A stretch of 64,000 bases of DNA from an uncultured Gemmatimonadaceae bacterium (GCA_963817955.1 CAWFQK010000002.1:992001-1056000), one strand, 5' to 3'; numbered from the stretch's first letter, positions 28,152 through 38,657 are shown. The notes: a model not told the origin generated them from the letters alone. Made by a program: numbers and translations.

Positions 28152-28300
28152 AGTAAACTATCGTTTTCGCCAACTTTCTTTTGACAACAACCAAATAGTT
28201 GTGTTTTCGAGACTGAGGTGTTTGTAAGGTGAATGGCCAAAGTCTCGAGCCCACCTTCGCGCCGAGTGCCGACATAGGCGACACTCGACGCGGAACGTAG

Positions 28301-31162
28301 CTACTGGATCGGTCCGCCCTTCTTCGTCTGGGGTACGCCGTCCGTCATCCACTTCGGCGCCGGCGTGCCCTTGAGGTAGTGATCGAAGAACTGTTTCATC
28401 CGCTCCTGGAAATCCTTCTGGTTCTCCTTCTTGGCAAGATGGTGCGGTTCGCCTGGATATGAGAGCAGAATCACCTGCTTGCCCCAGCGCCGCGCCGCGC
28501 CGTACAGCTCGAGGCCCTGATGCCAATCCACGGCGTTGTCCGCCGTGCCGTGCAGGATCAGGAACGGCGTCTTGATGTTGCGAACATTGTAGACCGCCGA
28601 CTGCTCTTCGAATAGTTGGTGGTTGTCCCACGGGTTGGTGCCCATGCGCACCTGACCCACTTCCACAATGCCCTGCTGGAGCGTGCCCGTTCCCGGATAC
28701 GTCTCGTCGTAGAAGCTCACGAGATCGGTTGGCGGTGCGCCCGTCACGACGGCAGCGAACATGTTCGTCTGCGTCAGGATGAACGACGTCTGGTATCCGC
28801 CCCAGCTATGGCCCTGGATGCCGATGTGCTTTGGATCGGCGTAGCCCATCTCGATGACCTTCTTCACGCCACTCGTGACGCAATCGAGGGCCGAGGTGCC
28901 CGGCTTGCCGATTTCGTAGACGATGTCGGGCTCGAACACCAGGTAGCCATCGCTCGCGTACTCGGCAAAGTGCGGGCGGTCGTCGAACGCCGGCATGGGG
29001 AATTGGTGATGCGTGTTCGACAACAGCTCGTAGAAGTACACGAGCATGGGGTACTGCTTTCCGGGCTGGTAGTTCGCCGGTAATGTGAGCGTGCCTTGCA
29101 GACGCTGGCCCTTGCTGTTCTTGAAATCGACGAGCACACGCGTGCCCCAGGCGTATTCGTCAATGATGGGATTGGCATTCGTCAACTTGGTGGGCGACGC
29201 GAACGCCGTGTTCGACAACCAGTAATCGGGTGACTGGGTGAAGCTCTGCCGGGTGAAGATCACGCGATCGGCGTTCTCCGCTTTCACCGCCTGGCCCACT
29301 GATGCGTCCTCGTAGATCAGCGGCACCGGCTTGGCGCCAGGCGCCAGCGTGTAATAGCCGGACTTCTTCGTCCACTCGCCGTACGCCGAGAGGAGCAGTG
29401 GCTTCGAGAGATCGACGCCCTCGTCTTCCTCGCCCTGCGCGGCGCCAAACGCGCCGCCGCCGCGACCACCACGACCACCACCTTGCCGGTCGAGACGCAG
29501 GAGCCGGAACTGAATCTGCTGCGCGTCGCCCACTCCCCCCGTGAGATTCACTGCCTTGCCGCCATCGAGCGGCAGCAGGTAGAGGTCGAAACGATGATTG
29601 ACGATGACCGATTTGCCGTCCTTCGACCAGCCCGCGACGCCGTACGTTGGCTTCTCGTATGGATGGTCGTCCGTCGCATCGATAAAGCTCACGTTGCCGC
29701 CGAGTGTGACGTTGCGTCCCGTTTCGGTGTTGTAGACAACGATCTTCTTGTCCTTCAGATAGAGAAACCACTTGCCGTTGGGCGAACTGCCCATGGTGCG
29801 CATGAGACCATTGGCGATCGGCGAGCGTTCACCCGTCTCGGTGTTCACGCGGAAGTAGTCTGCGCGATTGCCGCCCCACTGCACTTCGGTGCGATACGTG
29901 GTATCGATGCGGCCAATCGCCCATTTCGGATCGGGAGTCGCCGTCACGTTGCGCATGACCTCATCGGACACGCGCACCAGCGTTCCGCTCGACACATTGA
30001 ACACGGCAGGCAACGTGGTGCGACGCTCGGCGGCGAGCCGGATCATCTGCACCGACTGCACTTCGGCATCCTTCCAGTGCCAGACGTCGACGTTGGCCTG
30101 CGGCTCCGTGCTGGGCGTGGCGGGCGTCTTGTCCGGCTCCTGATCCTTGAGGCCGACGTATATACGCGATCCGTCGCGTGTCCACCGCAGCGCTCCGAGC
30201 TCGCTGAGCACGTACTGCTTGGGGAAGCCAGCGTCCTTCGCGGGATCGTATTCAGTGAGACGCGGCTTGATGCTCCCGACGTCCTGCCACACCATGAGGA
30301 CGTTGTCCTTCTGCACATTCTCTTTCTTCTTGTCGCCCTTCAGCACGGCCAGCGAGGAGCCCTTGTCGCTCCACGTGAGCTGGTCGAAGTCGGCGGCAGC
30401 AGAGCTCAGCACCTTGGACTGACTGGTGGCGAGATCCACGACGTAGACGCCATTGCCCATGCGATCGGCGGCGTCCACGGTGTAGGCGAGCAAGTGTCCG
30501 GCGTCGTCGAAGTCGTACAGATTCACGTTGCCGATGTTCTGGACGAGACCCGTTGTCAGTTCGCGCAGGACCAGATCGGCTCCGTTCTGCTTGGCAGACT
30601 GATTGGCCTTGTTCGTCCGCACCGCCAGAAAATGCGAGCCCTTGGCGAATTTGAATGTCATCCCGTCAGGCACCGAGTACTTGTCGCCGGTTGCCAGGTC
30701 GAGCAGCTCGAAGCGGCGCTGAGGTGCAGCGGCCGGAGCGGCGTCACCTGCCTGGCCACGCCCGCCTCCACGTCCACCACGTCCGCCACGTCCACCGGCG
30801 GGAGTTGGGGGGGCCACGAAGTAGCCAACGAAGCGCGAGTCGTCGGAGAATACCGGCGCTGACCCAACTGGAATGGAGTACGTCTTGGTGCCATCGAGCT
30901 GGCGAACGAACAACGTTCCGTCGCCCTCGTTCGGCGTTTGGACGTACGTCATCCACTTGCCGTCGGCCGACAGCGCGGCGTTGCCAATACGGTTCCAGCG
31001 GCCAATGTCGGCGAGACCAAGAACCTTTTTGGCGCCGGGTTCGGCCTTCGACGCGGCAGCCGGCGGCGCGGCGGTCGCCGCGTTCTGGGCGTGCGCCGGA
31101 AGCGCGATAGCGGCCGTCGCCATGAAGGCGAGGATGTAGCGAATGGGGGTGTTGCGAGACAT
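28301..31162 (-). CDS. Secreted S9 family peptidase (beta-propeller + alpha/beta hydrolase)
   Basis: GGAG RBS, signal peptide, GHSWGGY, HGTADNAV, GEPHHL (intact triad). Confidence 0.92.
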   Translation of the reverse strand: MSRNTPIRYILAFMATAAIALPAHAQNAATAAPPAAASKAEPGAKKVLGLADIGRWNRIGNAALSADGKWMTYVQTPNEGDGTLFVRQLDGTKTYSIPVGSAPVFSDDSRFVGYFVAPPTPAGGRGGRGGRGGGRGQAGDAAPAAAPQRRFELLDLATGDKYSVPDGMTFKFAKGSHFLAVRTNKANQSAKQNGADLVLRELTTGLVQNIGNVNLYDFDDAGHLLAYTVDAADRMGNGVYVVDLATSQSKVLSSAAADFDQLTWSDKGSSLAVLKGDKKKENVQKDNVLMVWQDVGSIKPRLTEYDPAKDAGFPKQYVLSELGALRWTRDGSRIYVGLKDQEPDKTPATPSTEPQANVDVWHWKDAEVQSVQMIRLAAERRTTLPAVFNVSSGTLVRVSDEVMRNVTATPDPKWAIGRIDTTYRTEVQWGGNRADYFRVNTETGERSPIANGLMRTMGSSPNGKWFLYLKDKKIVVYNTETGRNVTLGGNVSFIDATDDHPYEKPTYGVAGWSKDGKSVIVNHRFDLYLLPLDGGKAVNLTGGVGDAQQIQFRLLRLDRQGGGRGGRGGGAFGAAQGEEDEGVDLSKPLLLSAYGEWTKKSGYYTLAPGAKPVPLIYEDASVGQAVKAENADRVIFTRQSFTQSPDYWLSNTAFASPTKLTNANPIIDEYAWGTRVLVDFKNSKGQRLQGTLTLPANYQPGKQYPMLVYFYELLSNTHHQFPMPAFDDRPHFAEYASDGYLVFEPDIVYEIGKPGTSALDCVTSGVKKVIEMGYADPKHIGIQGHSWGGYQTSFILTQTNMFAAVVTGAPPTDLVSFYDETYPGTGTLQQGIVEVGQVRMGTNPWDNHQLFEEQSAVYNVRNIKTPFLILHGTADNAVDWHQGLELYGAARRWGKQVILLSYPGEPHHLAKKENQKDFQERMKQFFDHYLKGTPAPKWMTDGVPQTKKGGPIQ

Positions 31163-31304
31163 GAGATCTCCAGCAGTCCAGAGAAGACCGCAGGCGCTGC
31201 AGCGCGGAGCGGTCGTGCGGGTTGCCGAATATACGCGCCGGGGTGGGAGTCCGCTCGCTCGCGCCGGTGCTTGACGCACCCACGAGGGAGACGATGTTTC
31301 GCCG

Positions 31305-33305
31305 ATGCGAATCCGGATCATCGCCCTGGCGCTCATCGCCACGGCCTGCGCCACGTTTCCGCTCCCGTTCCGGCGAACGGCGCCAACGCCGACGCCAGCG
31401 CCAACGCCGGTGCCGGCAGTCGCCTCCAAACCGGCCGACCGGCCTGTTCCCTACCCCGTATTCGAGACGCACGCGTTCGCGCATGCGGTAGAGCGGGGAA
31501 CCCGCACCAGGACGGGCGCGCCTGGCCCCAAATACTGGCAGCAGTTTGCCCGGTATAGCATAGACGCCGAGCTCGTGCCGACGACAAGCCAGATCAACGG
31601 CCGGGAGTCGGTACGCTACTTCAATCGGTCGCCAGACACGCTACGAACGATCTGGATGTTCGTGAATCAGAATGTGTTCAAGCCAGGCGCCGCTCGCTCG
31701 GTTCCGATGCCGGTCACCACCGGCATGGAGATCTTGCGACTGGCGATAGCCGGTCAGACTCTGGAAAAGCACGACATCGGCACCGGGTATTCCATCGATG
31801 GGACCGTGATGTCGATTCGACCGCCGCGCGCATTGGCACCGCACGATTCGATCGACATCGACGTCGCGTGGGCCTTTCAGGTCCCGTCCGACGGCGCCCC
31901 GCGTGAGGGAACGACCGGCGACGTGTTCATGGTGGCATACTGGTACCCGCAGTTCGCCGTCTATGACGACGTGAACGGCTGGCAGCTCGACCCGTACCTC
32001 GGTGCCAGCGAGTTCTACATGGATTACGCGGACTACGACGTCAACATCAGCGTGCCGCAGGGATGGCTGATCGGCGCAACCGGCACGCTGACAAATGCCG
32101 ACGTCGTCTTATCGAAACAGACACGCGACAGGCTGGCCGAAGCGCGCCGCAGCACAAGCGTCGTCCATGTCGTGCGCGATCAGGATCGCGGCGCCGGCGC
32201 GACGAGAGCAACGAACACGGGATTCGACGGTGTGCTGACATGGCGATTTCGCGCGCATAACGTGCGCGACTTCGACTGGGGCGCCTCGGCCAAGTACCTG
32301 TGGGATGCGACGAACGCGCGCGTGGGCGATCGCGACGGCGACGGTCGCCCAGACACGACGGCGATCAACACCCTCTACAGGCCCGAAGCGCGCGCATGGG
32401 CGTGGGACCGGTCAGCCGCCTACGAGCGCTCGGCGGTCGAGTTCCTGTCGGGGGATCTCTGGCCATATCCCTGGGCACAGATGACGGCGCTGGAAGGCCC
32501 GGCATCGTGCAAGGGCATGGAATATCCGATGCTCACCTGCATCGGCGGTCCGCGGGACACCTTGTCGCTGTACTCGGTCCAGATTCACGAGACAGGCCAC
32601 ATGTGGTTCCCGATGAGCGTCGGATCGGACGAGCGGCGGTTTGCCTGGCAGGACGAAGGCCTGACGCGCTTCAACCAGGCAGAGGGCATGGCGGCGTACT
32701 TCAGGGGCTATGACCTGGAGCGCCGGTTGCGGGACAACTACATCACGTTCGCACGCACCGACAGCGAAGTGCCACTCATGCGTCCAGGCGATCAGTACCC
32801 ATACGGCACGCCCGCCTACAGTATCGCCTCGTATGACAAGATGGCAACGAATATGGCCGCCCTCCGCGGCTTGCTGGGAACGGACGCCTTTCAGTCGAGC
32901 TACCGCACGTACGGCCTGCGTTGGCTGTACCGGCATCCCACGCAATACGACTTCTTCAATAGCTTCAATTCGCTGAGCGGACGCGACCTCTCGTGGTTCT
33001 GGCGCACGTGGTGGTACGAGGCCTGGACGCTGGATCAAGCGATCGCGTCGGTCGTGCCACAAGGCGACCAGTTGCTCGTCACGATCGCGGACAATGGGCT
33101 GGCGCCAATGCCGGTGCGTCTCGCGGTGACGCGTACCGACGGCCGAGTAGAGCGGATGGAGATACCAGTCGACGTCTGGCTCGCCGGCGCTCGCCGGACC
33201 ACAACGCTGGTAGCCGGCGCCGCGACGGTGAGAATGATCGAGATCGATCCCGAGCAACTGTTTCCGGACGTGGATCGGTCGAACAATCGGTGGGTGCGGC
33301 GGTAA
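31305..33305 (+). CDS. M1 family metallopeptidase, possible lipoprotein
   Basis: GAGGGAG RBS; IATAC lipobox-like; GMEYP; HETGH...QDEG. Confidence 0.9.
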   Translation: MRIRIIALALIATACATFPLPFRRTAPTPTPAPTPVPAVASKPADRPVPYPVFETHAFAHAVERGTRTRTGAPGPKYWQQFARYSIDAELVPTTSQINGRESVRYFNRSPDTLRTIWMFVNQNVFKPGAARSVPMPVTTGMEILRLAIAGQTLEKHDIGTGYSIDGTVMSIRPPRALAPHDSIDIDVAWAFQVPSDGAPREGTTGDVFMVAYWYPQFAVYDDVNGWQLDPYLGASEFYMDYADYDVNISVPQGWLIGATGTLTNADVVLSKQTRDRLAEARRSTSVVHVVRDQDRGAGATRATNTGFDGVLTWRFRAHNVRDFDWGASAKYLWDATNARVGDRDGDGRPDTTAINTLYRPEARAWAWDRSAAYERSAVEFLSGDLWPYPWAQMTALEGPASCKGMEYPMLTCIGGPRDTLSLYSVQIHETGHMWFPMSVGSDERRFAWQDEGLTRFNQAEGMAAYFRGYDLERRLRDNYITFARTDSEVPLMRPGDQYPYGTPAYSIASYDKMATNMAALRGLLGTDAFQSSYRTYGLRWLYRHPTQYDFFNSFNSLSGRDLSWFWRTWWYEAWTLDQAIASVVPQGDQLLVTIADNGLAPMPVRLAVTRTDGRVERMEIPVDVWLAGARRTTTLVAGAATVRMIEIDPEQLFPDVDRSNNRWVRR

Positions 33306-33476
33306 GGGACACGGGACACGGGACACGAGACAATCGACACGGGACAAGCGACACGAGAAACTCACAACGCACAACTCACAACTGGAAACTCGAACCTCGC
33401 CGACCGGTGGGCCGACCGGTACGGAGCAGCCAGCGAGATCCCGCCAGAATAGAGCCCGGAGTCCAATTCACGCTGT
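33306..33476 (+). repeat. GGGACAC heptamers followed by copy 3 of the ~100-bp dispersed element
   Basis: (gggacac)n 33306-33358; cacaactggaaactcgaacctcgccgaccggtgggccgaccggtacggagcagccagcga. Confidence 0.9.
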
Positions 33477-33522
33477 GCCCGTCGGCGTCAGCACTGGCAC
33501 CCAACTTGAAGCCCGGGGCGCC

Positions 33523-34191
33523 ATGCCGCTTTCACGTAGGCTGCTTCGTGCAGCGATAGTGGCCGTGGCGCTCGCTTGCGCGACGGTCGCGCCCGGCGGC
33601 GCGCAGGAAATTGGGGCGTACGTTGGGGGCGGCGAGGGCGGACTTCGCGACGTGCGCCGGCCGTTCGGTGGCGGCGTTTCCGCAACTCTCATGTTCCACG
33701 ATTGGATCGGCATTCGTGGAGACGCGGGTTACTACTGGACCGTCGAGAATCGAATAGGATGCTTCGCCGTTCCGCTCGTAGCCGAAGCCGGATCCCGATG
33801 CGTGACGGCCCGTATCTCGAGCCACAGCCATTTCCCGCTGTTCGACGGGCTCGCGGTTCTCCGTGCGCACATTCCCGGCAAGGGCGTTCGGTTCGAAGTG
33901 GGGGCGGGGCCGAGTTGGGTGAATGTGACCAGCGATATTCGGGCGAACAGCGACAGCCTGCTGCACACACACGTCTCGAGCTCACGGATTGGTGCCATGT
34001 TCATGGCGGGGATTCTCGCCCACCCACAGTGGCGTATTCCCGTCACGCTGGAGGCGCAGTATGTCTATCACATGAGCGATACTTTCGGCGCGTGCACCAA
34101 CCAGCTCAACGATCCGATCTGCGGGCAACGGCTCGATTTCCACGAACTGCGATTTTCTATCCTCTACCGACTACGGCCGGTGAGCCCATGA
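33523..34191 (+). CDS. Hypothetical exported protein, possible small outer-membrane beta-barrel
   Basis: Signal peptide, alternating beta strands, two Cys pairs, ends ELRFSILYRL. Confidence 0.6.
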   Translation: MPLSRRLLRAAIVAVALACATVAPGGAQEIGAYVGGGEGGLRDVRRPFGGGVSATLMFHDWIGIRGDAGYYWTVENRIGCFAVPLVAEAGSRCVTARISSHSHFPLFDGLAVLRAHIPGKGVRFEVGAGPSWVNVTSDIRANSDSLLHTHVSSSRIGAMFMAGILAHPQWRIPVTLEAQYVYHMSDTFGACTNQLNDPICGQRLDFHELRFSILYRLRPVSP

Positions 34192-34254
34192 CCGCAGCCG
34201 CCAGCGTGGCCGCCCTGCTCCGTTTCCGAAGAGAGCGGCACGCCAGCGAAAAGC

Positions 34255-34461
34255 TCAGCGATTCGACTGACGTTTCTCGGTGTCTTCCGCGCTCCGATCA
34301 CCCGTTGGTTGCTCGGGCAGAGTGAGCCAGGTGCTCGACCCGCTCAGATTGCGATCCTCGGCGACATCGTCCTTCTCGACTTTCTTGTTCTGCTCGGCGT
34401 CCTCGTTCTCGGATCCCGCCGCGTTTTTTCGTTTCTCGTCCTTGCGATCCTTATCAGCCAT
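34255..34461 (-). CDS. Small hydrophilic protein (68 aa)
   Basis: AGGAGG RBS; MADKDRKDEKRK...LSGSSTWLTLP. Confidence 0.65.
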   Translation of the reverse strand: MADKDRKDEKRKNAAGSENEDAEQNKKVEKDDVAEDRNLSGSSTWLTLPEQPTGDRSAEDTEKRQSNR

Positions 34462-34579
34462 CACGCCCTCCTGTAGGGTCCTACTGTAGGTTCGCACAGC
34501 GTGTGCCGGGCACGGGACACGCCGTGCCAAATACCAGCCAAACTGTTGAGCTCTCCGGGACGCGAGTATGCTTCCTCGC

Positions 34580-35344
34580 ATGAGCAATCGTCCGTATATC
34601 CTGGCCGAGACCACCTGGAAAACCGTTGACGCGACGCCCTATGACGTCGTGATTCTGCCGTGGGGCGCCACCGAAGCGCACAACTATCATCTGCCGTACG
34701 GCACGGACACGATTCAGTGCGACGCCATTGCCGCCCGCGCCGCTGAGCGTGCATGGCAGCACGGCGCGCGGGTCGTCGTCCTTCCCGCCGTGCCGTTCGG
34801 GGTGAACACGACGCAGCTCGACATCAAGCTCTGCGTGAACATGAATCCGTCCACGCAGGCGGCCGTGCTCGCCGACGTCGTGTCGTCGATCGAGCAACAG
34901 GGCATTCGCAAGTTGTTGTTGTTGAACGCGCACGGCGGAAATGATTTCCGGCAGATGATCCGTGAGCTGCAGCCGAAGACGGACGTCTTTCTGACGATGA
35001 TCAATTGGTGGTCGTGCGTCGACGTGACACAGTTTGTCGAGGAACCTGGCGATCACGCAGGAGAGGCCGAAACGAGTGCGATGATGCATCTCGCGCCCGA
35101 GCTCGTGCGGCCGCTGAGCGATGCTGGTCCGGGCCGCGCCCGCCCGTCACGCCTGCGCGGCGTGCGTGAGGGGTGGGCTTGGGCACCGCGCCGCTGGACG
35201 CAGGTGACTGCCGATACAGGGATCGGCAATCCCGCCAAATCCACGGCCGCAAAGGGCCACGCCTACGTCAACGCGGCCGTGGAGCGCATCGGAGACTTCC
35301 TCGTCGAACTCGCCGCACTCGATCTCGACTCGCTATACGAATAG
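34580..35344 (+). CDS. Creatininase family protein
   Basis: PWGATEAHNYHLPYGTD, LNAHGGN, DHAGEAETS. Confidence 0.92.
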   Translation: MSNRPYILAETTWKTVDATPYDVVILPWGATEAHNYHLPYGTDTIQCDAIAARAAERAWQHGARVVVLPAVPFGVNTTQLDIKLCVNMNPSTQAAVLADVVSSIEQQGIRKLLLLNAHGGNDFRQMIRELQPKTDVFLTMINWWSCVDVTQFVEEPGDHAGEAETSAMMHLAPELVRPLSDAGPGRARPSRLRGVREGWAWAPRRWTQVTADTGIGNPAKSTAAKGHAYVNAAVERIGDFLVELAALDLDSLYE

Positions 35345-35350
35345 CGCCGC

Positions 35351-36706
35351 TCACATGCCGCTTGGATACGTCTCCGCCGGTTCGCCGTCCACGTGCACCG
35401 GCAGATGCAGCGCATCCACGGCGCGCGTCTCGTCGATGAACAGGAACGCATCATACCGCCTCGGCATGATCGTCGGGACATAGTTGCCGAGTCGCTCGTA
35501 CGCGGGATCGTACACGACGCCAATCGCTCGATGACCAATCGGTTCGTCGAGACCGGGTACACCGCCGTCATCGCTGCCATCGAAGAGCAGCAGCGCATCG
35601 CCGACGGACGCATTGTGCATCGCCTCCTCGAAACTGTCACCGCGTGCGGCTGGCACTCGCAGGCGCTGCATGGGCTCGCCCCACTCGTCGGCCGCGATGA
35701 CTGTGCCGCGATGCGTGCCGAATCCGACGAGGACGACACCCTCGCGGTCATGCGCCTGGCGCGTGAGCTGTCCAACGTTCACCATGCCAGCCCTCGTCAT
35801 GTCGGTGAACCGCGCGTCACCAATGTGGGTGTTGTGTTCCCAGATGATCGCCTTGGCACCCGGGCCGTGGTGCTGCATGAGACGGTCGATGGTGTCCATC
35901 ATGTGGTGGTCACGGACGTTCCATGATGCCGGACCGCCGCGAACCATGGTGCGATAATACAGCTCCGCATTCCGAGCAACCAACGCGTTCTGCTCGGCGT
36001 TGAAGTATCCCTCGCGTCCATCCTCGCGGAACTCGGCCGCGTGCACGCGGAGATCGCGCAGAACGGAGACCGCCTCGTCCTCACATGAGGTCGGGACGAT
36101 GGCCGTGGCACGCGCGTACTCCTGGACGTCTTCCGCGTACGGCTCGAAACACCGATAGGCGCGCCGAGCCGCCGCAGCCAATCGCGGATCCACGCGCTCG
36201 AGATATTCGGTGACGGCCCACATGGAATCCCAGAGCGAGTACACGTCGAGTCCGTAGAACCCGGCCTGCTGTTCGGACGCACGACTCTGGTTGCGCGTGC
36301 GCAGCCACTCCACCAGGTCAACGATCTCGCGATTCGCCCACATCCAGGTGGGCCAGCGCTCAAAAGCGTGCAGCACGTCGAACGCCGTGGCCCCGGCATC
36401 CGCCATCCCCTTCACATAGCGGTTCACCCGATAGCAGTCCGGCCAATCGCCCTCGACGCCAATGAACGAAAAACCCCGCTCATTGATGAGGCGCTTCGAG
36501 AGCTCGGCGCGCCACGTGTAGAACTCCGACGTGCCGTGCGACGCCTCGCCGAGCAACACGTACCGGGCGTCGCCGATCGCCTCGATCAGCGGATTGAGAT
36601 CGCGCACAGCGGCCAACGGACGAGCGACCTTTCGCAAACCCGCCGCGAGCCACTCCGTGCGTTTGCCATCGCCGTCCTCGTCAGTGATCGAGCGCGTCCA
36701 GGGCAT
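35351..36706 (-). CDS. Erythromycin esterase family protein
   Basis: GGAGG RBS; LLGEASHGTSEFY, EGDWPD, WNVRDHHM, WEHNTHIGDAR. Confidence 0.9.
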   Translation of the reverse strand: MPWTRSITDEDGDGKRTEWLAAGLRKVARPLAAVRDLNPLIEAIGDARYVLLGEASHGTSEFYTWRAELSKRLINERGFSFIGVEGDWPDCYRVNRYVKGMADAGATAFDVLHAFERWPTWMWANREIVDLVEWLRTRNQSRASEQQAGFYGLDVYSLWDSMWAVTEYLERVDPRLAAAARRAYRCFEPYAEDVQEYARATAIVPTSCEDEAVSVLRDLRVHAAEFREDGREGYFNAEQNALVARNAELYYRTMVRGGPASWNVRDHHMMDTIDRLMQHHGPGAKAIIWEHNTHIGDARFTDMTRAGMVNVGQLTRQAHDREGVVLVGFGTHRGTVIAADEWGEPMQRLRVPAARGDSFEEAMHNASVGDALLLFDGSDDGGVPGLDEPIGHRAIGVVYDPAYERLGNYVPTIMPRRYDAFLFIDETRAVDALHLPVHVDGEPAETYPSGM

Positions 36707-36805
36707 GCCAGAATCCTCCATTCACAAGTCGCCAGAGACTCGACATCTTGCAATTTGGAGGCTCGACCAGGCGGCTCAGCCTTCAGAACCTTTGGCTACT
36801 GGATA

Positions 36806-37375
36806 ATGTTTCCCACACTGCCAGACGCAGTGCCGCAGCGAAGTGACCCGCTTTCACGCGCCTTCGGACGCGTGGTGCTGAGGCTGTTGGGCTGGCGAAT
36901 CACGGGCGAGGTACCAGATCGACCGAAGTTCGTGGTGATCGTGGCGCCGCATCGCTCGAACTGGGACTTCGTGGTGGGACTCGCCGTGAGGTTTGCGCTT
37001 GGCATAGACGCCTCGTGGATCGGCAAGCACACGCTATTCCGAGGTCCGTGGGCGGGGCTGCTTCGGCGCTGGGGCGGCATTCCGGTCGATCGCCGATCAC
37101 CACACGATACCGTTGCCACCGTCGTCGATCTCTTTGCCAAGTCTGACCGCATGGTCCTCGCCGTGGCCCCCGAAGGTACGCGAAAGCGAGGCAGCGAATG
37201 GAAGACCGGCTTCTGGCACATAGCGCATGGGGCGGACGTGCCGATTCTGCCGATCGCGTTCGACTGGACTGATCGGACCGTGCGCCTGATGCCGATCGTC
37301 CATCCCCGAGACCTCGAACAAGACATGCGGAACATTCGGGCGCTGTACGCCGGGGTTCGCGGGCGGTACCCGTGA
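36806..37375 (+). CDS. Lysophospholipid acyltransferase (PlsC-like)
   Basis: APHRSNWD (HX4D), APEGTR, WKTGFWHIA. Confidence 0.9.
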   Translation: MFPTLPDAVPQRSDPLSRAFGRVVLRLLGWRITGEVPDRPKFVVIVAPHRSNWDFVVGLAVRFALGIDASWIGKHTLFRGPWAGLLRRWGGIPVDRRSPHDTVATVVDLFAKSDRMVLAVAPEGTRKRGSEWKTGFWHIAHGADVPILPIAFDWTDRTVRLMPIVHPRDLEQDMRNIRALYAGVRGRYP

Positions 37376-37394
37376 CCGCCGTTAGTTTTCGGAC

Positions 37395-38657
37395 ATGCTA
37401 CGTGTGCTCTGGCGCGTCATGGCCGCCCTGCTCCTTGCCACCCGACTCTCCGCGCAAAGCAATCCGCCAAGCGCTCCAGGGTTCGTTGTAGGTAATCCGC
37501 TGTTCGACAGCGGACGGAACATCACCGTGTCGCTCCTCACGATGGGCGACGGTGACGAAGTGTGGGAGCTGTTCGGCCACACCGCGATCTGGCTGCACGA
37601 CGACGTCAGCGGCGCCGATGCGGTGTTCAACTGGGGGGTGTTCGACCGCAGTCAGCCACTGTTCATCCCGCACTTTCTCAAAGGGCTCATGCTCTACCAG
37701 ATGGGCGCCGAGCCGCTCGAGTCGGTGTTGTCGCAGTATCGTTACCTCAATCGGTCCGTCGTGTCGCAGCAACTCGCGCTGAACGCGGCGCAGAAGGACA
37801 CGCTGCTGCGCTTGATCCAGCTCAACGCGCGACCGGAGAATCTGCAGTACCGCTACGATTACTTCGTCAACAACTGCTCGACGCGGCCTCGGGATCTGCT
37901 CGACCGCGCGTTGGGCGGCCAGATTCGAGCCAAGTCAATGGTGCCCAGTGGCACCTCCTATCGCTGGCACGCGCTTCGGCTCATGCAGGGCAACAAGCCG
38001 CTGGTGCTCGGCGCGGACATTGGACTCGGCGAGCCGAGCGATCGCGAGATCACGAAGTGGCAGACCATGTTCCTGCCGCAACAACTGCATGATGTCGTCG
38101 GGGCACTGCAGGTGCGCGACAGCAGCGGCATGCTCCATCCCCTGGTCGCCAACGAACGCGTGTTGTTTCAGGCAACCAGGCTGGGAGAGCCGACCGCGCC
38201 GCCAAATCTGGCGCCGTGGCTGTGGGGTTCTGGGCTGGTGATCGCCGCAATCCTGGTCTGGCTCGCGACTGCCTCGGACCGGGGTAGCCACGCCGCGCGT
38301 GTCGGCCTCGCGGTGCTCGCCATTGTCTGGTGCACGGCCGCGGGCCTCCTCGGCACGCTACTCACTCTATTGTGGACCGTTACCGATCACATGTTCGCGC
38401 ACCACAACGAGAATCTGCTGCTGTTCAACCCATTATGGCTGATTCTCGCGGTGCTCGCCGGCAAGTACGTGCTGCGGCCACGCGCGACAAGAGCTACGTG
38501 GTACCTCGCGTTCGGTTTGGCGGCGCTGTGCGTACTAGCGCTCGTTGCTCACGCGGTCACGCTCTCGAAGCAAGCCAATCTCGCCGTGATTGGACTGGCG
38601 CTGCCGCCGGCCCTGGCGATTGCGTGGATCGTCAGACCGCGGGCGCCGCAGGCCTGA
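37395..38657 (+). CDS. DUF4105 / Lnb-like lipoprotein N-acyltransferase domain protein with C-terminal TM segments
   Basis: FGHTAI, FNWGVFD, YRYDYFVNNCSTR, four TM helices. Confidence 0.75.
   Translation: MLRVLWRVMAALLLATRLSAQSNPPSAPGFVVGNPLFDSGRNITVSLLTMGDGDEVWELFGHTAIWLHDDVSGADAVFNWGVFDRSQPLFIPHFLKGLMLYQMGAEPLESVLSQYRYLNRSVVSQQLALNAAQKDTLLRLIQLNARPENLQYRYDYFVNNCSTRPRDLLDRALGGQIRAKSMVPSGTSYRWHALRLMQGNKPLVLGADIGLGEPSDREITKWQTMFLPQQLHDVVGALQVRDSSGMLHPLVANERVLFQATRLGEPTAPPNLAPWLWGSGLVIAAILVWLATASDRGSHAARVGLAVLAIVWCTAAGLLGTLLTLLWTVTDHMFAHHNENLLLFNPLWLILAVLAGKYVLRPRATRATWYLAFGLAALCVLALVAHAVTLSKQANLAVIGLALPPALAIAWIVRPRAPQA

Noticed and set aside
35351..36706. Macrolide resistance gene
   Set aside because: The erythromycin esterase family is broad and mostly not resistance-related; there is no mobile context.
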